From an uncultured Caldisericales bacterium (lineage in GTDB: Bacteria > Caldisericota > Caldisericia > JAAYUI01): a stretch of 64,000 nt of DNA. Made by a program: the position numbers and the translations under genes. Below the pieces are notes generated by a model. The model did no database searches, was not told the DNA's origin, and worked only from the letters and a program-made list of their open reading frames with translations. The stretch lies in assembly GCA_964639885.1 (NCBI GenBank), contig CAZXEH010000005.1:16278-80277 (forward strand). Reading direction: 5' to 3'. Shown here piece after piece: positions 28,794 to 38,444 of this stretch (positions within the stretch are counted from its first letter, which is position 1; each line of letters begins with the position of its first letter).

Positions 28794-28928
28794 ATGGACA
28801 AGGACAAACCAGCTGCCTCAAAAGAAGAGAAGGAAATAGCCGTCGAGTTCAAGACCGACAAGGCCATCGCCGAAAAAATCTTTTACAACAACTATGAGAT
28901 TTTCATGATGACACGTGGGCATTGGTAG
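28794..28928 (+). CDS. Hypothetical 44-aa small protein (MDKDKPAASKEEKEIAVEFKTDKAIAEKIFYNNYEIFMMTRGHW)
   Basis: ATG with GGAGG RBS at 5-nt spacing and its own -35/-10. Too short for the ORF track. Its 3' end runs into the AT-rich island. Confidence 0.25.
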   Translation: MDKDKPAASKEEKEIAVEFKTDKAIAEKIFYNNYEIFMMTRGHW

Positions 28929-28978
28929 AATTATTTATGTATTCTGTTGTTAATGGCTCTCCAAGTTAGTTTATGAGA

Positions 28979-30622
28979 TCAAAGATCGTTAAGTAACTCT
29001 TCAATATCTTTTCTATGTTGTTGCGTAATTTTTTTATTATTTTTTGCGTTTGCGATTCCTTCAACAATAGCTTTGTGATTTAGTTGAAATTTATTACAGT
29101 ACATGCTTAATTTCTTTGAGATAAATTCTTCTTCAGTGTAATATTCATTATTAATTAAAGCATACAAATACCTTAATTCATTAATTGGAAATCGCTCACC
29201 GTAGTCAATATATCCATTATGAGTATCATCAAATATTATTGGTTTAATATCAGCAAAGAAACATAATATAACTACTGGTTTGTAAAACGGCAATTGTAAT
29301 ATATTGTGAATATAATTATAATTGATGTTATATTTATATATATAAGTTCGAGATAAACTAAAATTGATTTTAGTATATTCATCTAGATGTAATAAATCAA
29401 TATATTCACGCCTATAAAACAAAACTTCTAAGAAGCGCAATTCATCGTAAATATAGATATATTTGAAATTTGTTATAATATCATTTATTATGGGATCAGT
29501 AACTTTATCGACGGACACATTCATTAATGATCCCTCTAGAAATCGAAATAATGAAGATTCAAACCCCAAATTATTAACAATCAATAATACAGTTGTCTCT
29601 CTAACAATGTTTCTAGCCCACTGCAATATTCTGGACGTTAAAATATTCCCATATTTATCATTTAGCAAGTAATTTGATTGAATGTGGACGTTGTATCCAA
29701 TCTTTCTTATAACTTGTCTACATAAATCAGAATTAAACCTTAATTGATTTGATTCGAGTGAAAATTTTGATGAGATAATAATTGATTCTGATTTATTCAA
29801 TATTACATCAAGCAAATCCGTATTAGTGACATCGTTGATGTTAATATAATCAATAATTTCATCTATCAATGTGCCTAAAACCTTATAGTATGTGATTAGA
29901 CTACCATCATCTTTATTAATCTTAATATCTTTATCAATTCTTTGTAATAAATTAATACAATAAGTAACTATCTTATTATATTCTATCATATTAAAATATT
30001 TTTGAATATTTATTTTAATGCCAGATGTAATAAATATTAATGCTAATTCCATTATATCAATATAGTTCTTATTTACATCTATAGTATTCACTTCAAATAT
30101 TAGTATTGGTGATACATAGATTCTAAGTCGGTATATTATAAAAAAAGTTATTGTCCCAAGTGCAAATAAAGAGAAAAGAACTGCCACTGTGCATATAAGA
30201 TTAATAATTACTCGTAAGAAATAATAACCGTTTGGCATGAATACAATAAATAACAAGCCGGTTATAGCCAGAAAAATCGAAATTACGCCCAGAAGTATAA
30301 ATCTATTAATTAGTTCGTCGCTATACATCATTCTTTTAAGCGGTTCATTTACTCCTAATAATTCTGAAACTTTTAAATTAGGAACAACTGTATACAACAA
30401 CGCCAAACCTATCCCCAACAAAGCCCCCATCGTTTGTGCTATCGTCGAGAAAAGATAAAGCGCAGGCGTGTAAAGATCATTGAATTTGTCCTGGTAGAAT
30501 CTTGCAACGACGCTGATGACCACAAAAATGGCTATGACGAAAAAGATTACGAAAGGCCACTTGATTTTGTTGTTCAGTCTGTCGCTGTTCTCTTTTGCCT
30601 TTGGATTGGTCTTGTCTCCCAT
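28979..30622 (-). CDS. Hypothetical membrane protein (547 aa): four N-terminal TM helices plus a roughly 380-aa cytoplasmic domain; encoded in an AT-rich island
   Basis: Uninterrupted ORF inside a segment whose base composition is visibly much more AT-rich than the roughly 50% GC flanks. Codon usage is rich in N, I, K and Y. No recognisable catalytic motif. Confidence 0.6.
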   Translation of the reverse strand: MGDKTNPKAKENSDRLNNKIKWPFVIFFVIAIFVVISVVARFYQDKFNDLYTPALYLFSTIAQTMGALLGIGLALLYTVVPNLKVSELLGVNEPLKRMMYSDELINRFILLGVISIFLAITGLLFIVFMPNGYYFLRVIINLICTVAVLFSLFALGTITFFIIYRLRIYVSPILIFEVNTIDVNKNYIDIMELALIFITSGIKINIQKYFNMIEYNKIVTYCINLLQRIDKDIKINKDDGSLITYYKVLGTLIDEIIDYININDVTNTDLLDVILNKSESIIISSKFSLESNQLRFNSDLCRQVIRKIGYNVHIQSNYLLNDKYGNILTSRILQWARNIVRETTVLLIVNNLGFESSLFRFLEGSLMNVSVDKVTDPIINDIITNFKYIYIYDELRFLEVLFYRREYIDLLHLDEYTKINFSLSRTYIYKYNINYNYIHNILQLPFYKPVVILCFFADIKPIIFDDTHNGYIDYGERFPINELRYLYALINNEYYTEEEFISKKLSMYCNKFQLNHKAIVEGIANAKNNKKITQQHRKDIEELLNDL

Positions 30623-30874
30623 GCACCCATTCTACAAACACTCTTCTTCTTGTCAAATCCGACAGTTTCACCATAACTATTTATAAGTATTCGTAGCATC
30701 TTTAAATATTATTCTTATACTTATTGCTTTCTATTTTGAATTTATAGTCATTCTTACTTTCTTATTATCATTATAAATTATCATAATATGCTTTTTAGTA
30801 TTTAATGGAAACTTTAATTTACTTTTAGTGATACTGTTGACAAAAAGCCAGACTTGCCCATTATTTAGATTGGA

Positions 30875-33178
30875 ATGAACCGCATTTTACAGCTTGCAAC
30901 CGTTGTGGCAATCCTGGCTTCAGGGGCATGGGTGGACAGGGGAAATCCTGGCCGTTCCGGCACCTTCCCGGACAATGTCAGCCCGAAGTTCTACGACACG
31001 CCGCGATTTGCAAGAAAACTTCTCCCAATCGAAGGAAACGACCAGGTGACCGTCGACGTGAGCCCGGCTGTGGCAAACGGCACCATGGTGATCGTGAGCA
31101 AGGAAGGCAGGATTTATGCGCTTTCCACAGCCGACCTCTCGATGAAGTGGTCGAACGACCTCAAGGTTGTCGGCACCAGCGCCAGCTTTGTGGCCAGCCC
31201 GGCAATTGATGAAGGAAAAATCTACGTTCCCTACTACTGGATCAGCCCCGAACCCTCGTCGACAAGCAAACCAATCGCCGGAATCTGCTGCTACAACCTC
31301 GAAGACGGCAAGCTGGACTGGCGCACCGGCGACAGCAAATCCCTGATCGAATCAACCCCTTTGATCGACGGCAACAAGATTGTTTACGGCTCAAGCGACC
31401 GTCACGTTTATGCAATCGACAAGACCAGCAAAGGCGCACCTTTTGAGGGATGGAACCCAATCGAGCTGACAGGCCAGGTCAAGGCTGGAGTTGCAAAGCT
31501 CGATGACGGCAGATACGTCGTCGCCTGCCAGGGTCAACCGCACACCGACTCGGAATACACCAAAAACCTCTACTGTCTCAACCCAAACGACGGCAGCATC
31601 AGCTGGGGCCCGCTCCAAACCAAGGGTTCAATCGATTACACACCTGCAACTTCGGGCGACTACATTTTTGTCACTTCCTATGGCTACATAATCGGCAGCA
31701 ACACTGACGCAACCGGCACCCTTTACTGCTTTGACCGCGACCGCAACCCAAACGAGATGTGGAATTTCCCGTTCAAGGGCAGAATGACCGGTAGTCCGGT
31801 GACAAACGGAAAATACGTGGTTGCTGCAGACACCGCCCAGGAGATGAGGGTTTTTGCCCTCGATGGAGATAATTTTTCACTCCAGGCAGAATACGTAACA
31901 GATAACATCGTCATGAACTCGCCAGTCATCATTGACCACTACGTCTACGTTGGAACCAGATCAGGCAATCTGTCGATCTACGATCTCGACGCAAAAAAAG
32001 TGGTTGGCCACGACAACGAAACCGGAATCGTCCAAAACCTGAACGTCGGTGGAAATGAAGCATATCTGATGGGTTCGCCAATTGTCTGGAATGATGCTCT
32101 TTTTGCTGTCAACAACATCGGCCATGTTTTCAAATTCGAGATGAAACCAAATATATCGGTGACCTTTGAAAAAACTGAACAGACAGTGAAAAAGGGCGAG
32201 CAGTTCAGGTTCAGGGCGGTTGTCAAGAATGAACGTGAGCAGAAACTTCCAAAATCAGTAAAAATAACACTTCGCACCGATGCTGACTGGCTCTCAGCCG
32301 ACACAGACACAACCGTTTCGATCATCGACGCCGGGCAACAGGCCATCATTGAATTTTCTGGCACCGCAGAAAAGGCAACCTACGATCATCTCATAGCAAA
32401 AGTCATCATCTCCAGTGACAACCCGGAAATAACCTTTGAACCGGTAAACCTCATCCTGTTTGTAACCGAGAAAAATCTTCAGATAACCTACATCGGTGGC
32501 TCATCAACAATCTGGGATGACGAGCTTGTCAGGACGATGAACATCACAAACACCGGCAACACACAGATTTTGTTTGATGTCATAACGGATATCGGCGTTA
32601 CAATGATCTCCCCGAGCAGATCCATCTTGCTCAACCCTGACGCCTCCATTGAACTAAAATTTGAAATTGATCCAAAAGCGTGTGGCTTTGACAAGCCTGT
32701 CGAGCTCAAGTTCAGCTTCAGGAGCGACGGTGAGGACCTGGCCAATTACATCCTCAAATGCACCCTCAAACGCTCAATGAAGATAATAAAGCTGGCAATC
32801 GGCAAGCCAAAGGCAACCGTTGACGACACTGAAATCAATGTTGACCCGCCACCGTTCATAAGCAAAAACATCACTATGGTTCCACTCAGATTTGTGTCGG
32901 AAGGTCTTGGGCTAAAGATTGAATGGGTGGCGGACATCAAAACCATCATCGTTGATCTCGGCAACGAGAACTACCTGAGGCTGCTTATCAACTCGCTGAA
33001 AGCCTACATTGACATGCCTGATGGCTCGATCAGGGAAGTTCCGCTTGCTTCAGCACCACAGATCGTGAAAGGGAGAACGTTCGTCCCGCTTCGCATCATC
33101 TCCGAAATGTTCAACTGTGATGTGGCCTGGGATGCCAAGACAAAGGGGATAACGATCACAAAGAAGTTGAAACCTTAA
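30875..33178 (+). CDS. Secreted PQQ-like beta-propeller protein with Ig-like domain and two C-terminal CAO-N-like domains
   Basis: Signal peptide MNRILQLATVVAILASGAWV. Repeated propeller blades such as GRIYALS and KLDWRTGD. C-terminal motifs ITMVPLRFVSEGLGLKIEW and GRTFVPLRIISEMFNCDVAWD. Confidence 0.7.
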   Translation: MNRILQLATVVAILASGAWVDRGNPGRSGTFPDNVSPKFYDTPRFARKLLPIEGNDQVTVDVSPAVANGTMVIVSKEGRIYALSTADLSMKWSNDLKVVGTSASFVASPAIDEGKIYVPYYWISPEPSSTSKPIAGICCYNLEDGKLDWRTGDSKSLIESTPLIDGNKIVYGSSDRHVYAIDKTSKGAPFEGWNPIELTGQVKAGVAKLDDGRYVVACQGQPHTDSEYTKNLYCLNPNDGSISWGPLQTKGSIDYTPATSGDYIFVTSYGYIIGSNTDATGTLYCFDRDRNPNEMWNFPFKGRMTGSPVTNGKYVVAADTAQEMRVFALDGDNFSLQAEYVTDNIVMNSPVIIDHYVYVGTRSGNLSIYDLDAKKVVGHDNETGIVQNLNVGGNEAYLMGSPIVWNDALFAVNNIGHVFKFEMKPNISVTFEKTEQTVKKGEQFRFRAVVKNEREQKLPKSVKITLRTDADWLSADTDTTVSIIDAGQQAIIEFSGTAEKATYDHLIAKVIISSDNPEITFEPVNLILFVTEKNLQITYIGGSSTIWDDELVRTMNITNTGNTQILFDVITDIGVTMISPSRSILLNPDASIELKFEIDPKACGFDKPVELKFSFRSDGEDLANYILKCTLKRSMKIIKLAIGKPKATVDDTEINVDPPPFISKNITMVPLRFVSEGLGLKIEWVADIKTIIVDLGNENYLRLLINSLKAYIDMPDGSIREVPLASAPQIVKGRTFVPLRIISEMFNCDVAWDAKTKGITITKKLKP

Positions 33179-33181
33179 AAC

Positions 33182-34207
33182 TCAGGCTTCTACAACAATC
33201 TTTGTTTCACCTTCCAGTGTCTGACCAATCCACTCGGCATTGACGCCTGCTTTTTTGAGCTTGAACACGCACTCCTCTGCTTTGTCCATATTTATGAAAG
33301 CGAGCAGCCCACCGGAAGTTTGTGCGTCTCCAAGCAGATTTGTCCACTCGGCAGAAACATTTTCCCCAATCTGAAGACGATGCTCGACCGATGAGATGTT
33401 TTCCATCAGAAGTGGGCAGGTATAGTTTTTTGCTGCCTCAAAGGCGTCTTTGAACAGTGGAATTTTTGAAACATTGATTTTTGCGCCAATTTTTGATTCC
33501 TCAAGCAGCTCGTAAAGCGAAACGGCAAAGCCAAAGCCTGTGACATCGGTTGCACACCGGCAGTCGTACTGGGCAAGGATTCGTGAAGCTCTGCAGTTTA
33601 TTTGAGTCATCGACTGAATACACTGGTTGAAATCGTATTTCTCGCGGGCTGCGTAGAGGATGCCGGTTCCAAGGGGCTTTGTCAGAATAATAGCCTGTCC
33701 TGGTCTGCCTGCGTTTGACATCCTGATGTCACCGGGTTTTGCAGTCCCAAAAACTGAAAGGCCAAACTTTACTTCCTGATCCTTTGCCGTGTGACCGCCG
33801 ACGATGAGCACGTTGTGTTCGATGGCAGCCAGAGCACATCCGCGAAGGATTTCGGCAAGTTTTGGCGTTTCAATTTCTCTGGGGAAAAGGGCAATGTTGA
33901 GCGCAAGCAAAGGCTGGCCACCCATTGCACAGATGTCTGAAACCGAGTTTGCAAAAACGATTCTGCCAAATGTTTCAGGATCATCGACTATGGGGGCAAA
34001 TACATCAACCGTGAAAATCCCCAGCAGGTCGTCAGTGAGTTTGTAGACAGCAGCATCGGATTTTGAAAGGTCGCCGGTCAGCAGCCGTTCATCAGTCATT
34101 TTTGGCAGGTTGGACAAAAGGTCGGCGAGGTCACCCGGACCCCATTTGCTTGCTCAGCCGGCACATCCAGCCCATTTTGTGAGTTTGAAGACTTCGTCTC
34201 TCTCCAT
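33182..34207 (-). CDS. selD: Selenide, water dikinase SelD; selenocysteine-containing form with in-frame TGA (Sec) at 34154-34156
   Basis: The track ORF (33182..34117) begins at a TTG. Reading upstream in the same frame gives ...KMTDERLL preceded by ASKWGPGDLADLLSNLP, then TGA, then MERDEVFKLTKWAGCAG. The assembled N-terminus L-T-K-W-A-G-C-A-G-U-A-S-K aligns with E. coli SelD L-T-Q-Y-S-H-G-A-G-C-G-C-K, so the TGA sits at the catalytic Cys/Sec position. Downstream, DAAVYKL...FAPIVDDPETFGRIVFANSVSDICAMGG is typical SelD. Confidence 0.75.
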
Positions 34208-34212
34208 CTTAT

Positions 34213-36144
34213 TTATGGCAGGATAACACAAGAGGCTTCATCATTCAAGACGATCCTCAGGGCGTTCCCTCTCTGCGAGACTGTGCCTGATCCCTCAAAA
34301 ATCCTGTTCGGGCCTGACCATATTCCTTCCGTGAACATAACGGCTCCGTTTTCAAAAAACTGAAGAGGCTGGCTCTCAGAGAGGAGGTTTATTGATCCGC
34401 TGGAAGGGTCAACAACGTAACAGCCATTGGTTTTCTTTATGATTATCTGGCCAAGGTCGAGCAGGGGGTTGAAGGCTTTTGTCGAGTAAACCTGCTCGCA
34501 GTTGAGCGACCAGAGTTCCACTCCGTCGACGAAACACTTCAGGATGCCTGAAGGATTGTAGAAAATCTGGCACATCTTGTCCTGGGTTGAAATAAATCCA
34601 AGTCCCCTGAAGCCCGGATTTGGGTTTGGCTGGACAAAGGTGTTGTTTTTATCGAGAGGGGTCGATGTGCCCGAATTTGGATCGATGAGATAATGGTTTT
34701 CGGAGTTAAGGGATTCTGCAATCCAGACCTGTTCGTTCTCGTTCCACGAGATCGAGAGCGGTTCTTCGGCAATTTTTGTCTGCCATTCGGCCTCGCCTGA
34801 ACCGGTGTTGAATCCAACAATGTCAGTGCCTTTGAAAAAACAGATGATTGCCGGCTGGACATTCTTCACCCCGCCGACCTGCCACGAACCATCGAGATTC
34901 CAGGCATAACGCCTGCCGTAGACACCGACACAGGTTCCATCTGCATTGAAAAGGCCAACGCCAAAATCGCTGGTTTCACCCATGCGTCTGAAATGGAGTC
35001 CCTGCTGAGCCTTGCCCAGCTTGAAAACCTTCATGTTTTCAGTGTCGAATTCACACAGGGTGTTGTCGACGATTGAGAAGTAGCGGGTGGTTGATCCGTC
35101 CTGGGACTGGATTTGTCTGGCAAATTCAGCGACAAACATCCTGGGATCCTTGACTTCCACCTGCTTGAGAGACTGGGCATCATATCCGGCTATTATCAGG
35201 GCATCCTTTTTCATACCTGAAAATACCAGCGTTCCACCGTAGAGTGAAAGGTCAAGAATGGTGTCATGGGGAGGCAGTTTTGCCTGAATGGTGTGGCCTG
35301 AATTGTCAGTGACCTTCAGGAACCCGTCCTGTATGTAGGAGTTGAAATAACCTCCGTTTGCAAACCACTCATGAGCCGATGATTCAATGTTTGAAGCGGT
35401 GACAATCATTGACAACTTTGCACCGGGATGGAGCCAGACATTCTGACGCTTGAAAAGGAGTGGGATGGAAACCATGTCTCCGCCAACCTTTGCTGTCAGA
35501 TTTTTTGCGTCTGCAAACGAGACCGGCGTGACGCCAACGAGTTCGTCACCCCTGTAAATCTGGATGCCTTCGGGGATCGAGGTGATGTTGATTGAATCGC
35601 CCTGGCTCGAGCCTGTTTTTGGGGTTTTCCCAAAGAACACTTCAACCTTTTTCTTCTCGTCAAATTCAAGGTCAATTGGGCCGTATTTTTTGGCCTGACC
35701 GTCAAGGTTGAGGATAAACGTATATACACCTGGAGGCAGGTGAACATCCACAGGCGTTTTGCCAAGTGGCTGCGAAATATCAGATGCAACGCTGACCTGT
35801 GCGCCTTGCGGATTCGAGGTGAAACTGACAACCGGTTCTGTTCCGCAAACCACCTTTGTCACTTCACCCTTTGAAATGGAAAAGGTGCCTTTGAGTTCCA
35901 TTTTTGAATCGGCAACTCCTTGCATCAGACCCTTGTATTCATGGCTACCTGTGGTCAAAGGAATTGAAAATTCTGTGCCATTGCCATAGCTGATGCCGTC
36001 TATCTCAAGATCAATGGCTTTTTTGCATTCAAGGCTTAGGGTTCCCTTATCTGGAGCGAGCATGACAACACTGGCAACCACGAGTGCTGCTGCAACCAGC
36101 ACAACAACAATGGCTGGAACTACCCATTTCAGTTTTGCGGCCAC
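34213..36144 (-). CDS. Membrane-anchored protein with PEGA-like domains and a C-terminal beta-rich domain
   Basis: N-terminal TM helix WVVPAIVVVLVAAALVVASVV. PEGA-like segments such as GVTPVSFADAKNLTAKVGGD and PLGKTPVDVHLPPGVYTF. 643 aa. Stop lies 5 nt before the selD ATG. Confidence 0.55.
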   Translation of the reverse strand: MAAKLKWVVPAIVVVLVAAALVVASVVMLAPDKGTLSLECKKAIDLEIDGISYGNGTEFSIPLTTGSHEYKGLMQGVADSKMELKGTFSISKGEVTKVVCGTEPVVSFTSNPQGAQVSVASDISQPLGKTPVDVHLPPGVYTFILNLDGQAKKYGPIDLEFDEKKKVEVFFGKTPKTGSSQGDSINITSIPEGIQIYRGDELVGVTPVSFADAKNLTAKVGGDMVSIPLLFKRQNVWLHPGAKLSMIVTASNIESSAHEWFANGGYFNSYIQDGFLKVTDNSGHTIQAKLPPHDTILDLSLYGGTLVFSGMKKDALIIAGYDAQSLKQVEVKDPRMFVAEFARQIQSQDGSTTRYFSIVDNTLCEFDTENMKVFKLGKAQQGLHFRRMGETSDFGVGLFNADGTCVGVYGRRYAWNLDGSWQVGGVKNVQPAIICFFKGTDIVGFNTGSGEAEWQTKIAEEPLSISWNENEQVWIAESLNSENHYLIDPNSGTSTPLDKNNTFVQPNPNPGFRGLGFISTQDKMCQIFYNPSGILKCFVDGVELWSLNCEQVYSTKAFNPLLDLGQIIIKKTNGCYVVDPSSGSINLLSESQPLQFFENGAVMFTEGIWSGPNRIFEGSGTVSQRGNALRIVLNDEASCVILP

Positions 36145-38426
36145 GGAATAACCACCTTCTTCCCGCCCATATCTGCAAGCATGGCCCTGTGACCCGATGA
36201 TTCCAAAGGTTCAAGACCGTCGATGCCGGTGAAATAGCCACGATTGAGACCGTCCCTGTCGATAATCCAGATTCGCTTGTCAAAGTACAGGGCTAGGAAA
36301 CGTTTGTCGCCAAGGATCAATCCATTTTTTGGTGATCCGAGTCCAGGAAGTGTTAGTTCGAGAATGGGTCTGAGCATGTGGGAACCGAGGATGGTGACCT
36401 TGTTCGATTCGATTTGGACAGGCCCCCATGGAGACGGTAGAAGTAGACCGGTTTTGAAGGTTCTCTCCCATGTGGGTTTGAATTTACCGTTCTCGTCCAG
36501 CTTCACACCTGAAACTGCCTTGTTGCCTGACAGCACAAACGATCCACCTGGACAGGCCGAACCCTGAATTGCTTCCTCAGCTGACTGTGGCTTCACACGC
36601 CTTTCGATCTGTTCGCCGGTTTTCAGGTCAAGCTGGTATTCGAACGGTGAGGTTGGGAAATTTATTAGCACAACATCTTTGCCCTTTGACCTTGAGATTG
36701 TCGGATCGGACTTTCTGGGTTTGTCGACATACCTGCTCCATTTGTAGCGACCTTGAGGATACATGACTGCTGCAACTGTGAAATCAGAGTAGACGATAAA
36801 AGTCTTTCCGGTGTCAAAGCCTGCATCAAAACATGCTCCCTGAGGATCAATCGTCAGTGGCATCCATGTCCAGCCCTTGTCGGCGTCAGCTCCCTGAGGA
36901 CCTTCAAGCAATGCGGAGTACTTTTCCCTGTTGTTGACTTTGTATTCAGTGAGTTTGTGTGGAACTGCAACTGTGGGGTCGAGAACCATCATGCCGGTCG
37001 CCTTGCCCCTTTTCAGAGAGAAGATGAAAATCGGGTGTCCGTCATCGGTTGCCGAAAAACTTACACCAAGGAATTTTGCCGTCTCGTCGTTGTTAACCCT
37101 TTTGATAAACCTGAAGGTTTCAAGGTTTTTTACAACAACGGCTTCGATTGCTGCAATCCTGCCTTCACCATTGACCACGGTTTCCCAGACATTGCCATAG
37201 CAATTCCAGCTGCCTGATTTGAACGGTTGTGTGGCAAGAGGGAGTATCGAGCCTTCGAACTTCTTTTGAACGTCAATCTCCTTGCCGGTTTTTATCTCAA
37301 TGCAAAACGGGGTTGAACGGGGATCAGACGGGATGCCAGCCATGCCATAAATATTGTTGGTATCAGTTTTGTAAATAATCACCGGTCGAAGGTCAAACGC
37401 CCTGTCGATCTTCTGCGTCCAGACCCTCTGACCCGATTCAAGATCAATACAGTCAACGAAAGGATAGCCGGTAGCATAAAGCAGCGATGATCCATCCTGT
37501 GCGACGGTTGCGCCTCTTGCATCACCTGGCAGTGTGAACAAATCCCTGCCAAAGTACATGCACGGATTGTAAATGGTTTCCGGCCATGAGATTTCGATGG
37601 GCTTGCCAACCGATGGAAACATGACCTGCGTGCAAAGAATCTGCTGGCCATAATAGTTCATGCAGACCTTGTGGAATCCGCTTGGAAGCAACGTCTGCGA
37701 ACCCTTGGCATATTCCTTTCCGTCAACAGTCAGTTCTGCGCCTTCGATCAACTTTGGAACTGAGAAGTTGGTTGTGAGCTTTCTGGAACCTGGCTGATTG
37801 AGCGCCAGTTCGTCGAAATCGGCTGAGATATTGATTATTTCGGCACCAGAGGAGAGAAAACTCTTCTGATACTCAGGAAAACCAGGGAGCCTCATCACAA
37901 CATCGTATTGCCCATAAGGAAGTTTGGTTCTCAGGGGAGTGGTTCCTAGGCTTGCATCGCCTTCGAGCGAACTCAGGACAATGGCTGCCTTTTGAGGCTT
38001 TGTGTCGAACACAACGTCTGAAACGTTGATCAATTCAATGGTTTCACTTCTTCCAGGGGATATGTCGACCTTCTGGACATCCATGTCCATGAAAGGGATC
38101 GTTTCAAGAGGGACAGCCTTGACCACATGTCTGCCAGGGTCGATTGTCCTGATGAAAACCGTTGAGCCTTTGCCTAAAGGTTTGTCGTCGACAAAGATTT
38201 CAGCAGGCACCTTGCACTCGATTGTCAGGGACGGTGTTTTGGGCCAGACGGTTACGGTGAGCCACACGAGCAGGACAAAACCTATTCCTATCGCTGTGTA
38301 AACAAGGTACTGCCTCAATTTGGCAATTGTCTGTGCGGAAACATCCCTCTTAATCTTCGGAGTTTTGGGATCATATAGGTTGAAGGCCATGCAAACTAAG
38401 ATAAGGCTTGCAGTTTTGGCGGTCAA
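36129..38426 (-). CDS. Membrane-anchored protein with PEGA-like domains (paralogue of 34213..36144)
   Basis: TM helix YTAIGIGFVLLVWLTVTVW. PEGA-like GTTPLRTKLPYGQYDVVMRLPGF. Start is either the TTG at 38426 or the ATG at 38390. Overlaps the next gene by 16 nt. Confidence 0.55.
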   Translation of the reverse strand: MTAKTASLILVCMAFNLYDPKTPKIKRDVSAQTIAKLRQYLVYTAIGIGFVLLVWLTVTVWPKTPSLTIECKVPAEIFVDDKPLGKGSTVFIRTIDPGRHVVKAVPLETIPFMDMDVQKVDISPGRSETIELINVSDVVFDTKPQKAAIVLSSLEGDASLGTTPLRTKLPYGQYDVVMRLPGFPEYQKSFLSSGAEIINISADFDELALNQPGSRKLTTNFSVPKLIEGAELTVDGKEYAKGSQTLLPSGFHKVCMNYYGQQILCTQVMFPSVGKPIEISWPETIYNPCMYFGRDLFTLPGDARGATVAQDGSSLLYATGYPFVDCIDLESGQRVWTQKIDRAFDLRPVIIYKTDTNNIYGMAGIPSDPRSTPFCIEIKTGKEIDVQKKFEGSILPLATQPFKSGSWNCYGNVWETVVNGEGRIAAIEAVVVKNLETFRFIKRVNNDETAKFLGVSFSATDDGHPIFIFSLKRGKATGMMVLDPTVAVPHKLTEYKVNNREKYSALLEGPQGADADKGWTWMPLTIDPQGACFDAGFDTGKTFIVYSDFTVAAVMYPQGRYKWSRYVDKPRKSDPTISRSKGKDVVLINFPTSPFEYQLDLKTGEQIERRVKPQSAEEAIQGSACPGGSFVLSGNKAVSGVKLDENGKFKPTWERTFKTGLLLPSPWGPVQIESNKVTILGSHMLRPILELTLPGLGSPKNGLILGDKRFLALYFDKRIWIIDRDGLNRGYFTGIDGLEPLESSGHRAMLADMGGKKVVIPWPQN

Positions 38427-38444
38427 GTCCTATAATGGGCAGAC

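Noticed and set aside
28930-30870. Classic insertion sequence, prophage or integron in the AT-rich island
   Set aside because: No transposase, integrase, terminal inverted repeats, att-like direct repeats or adjacent tRNA were seen. Only compositional evidence supports foreign origin.
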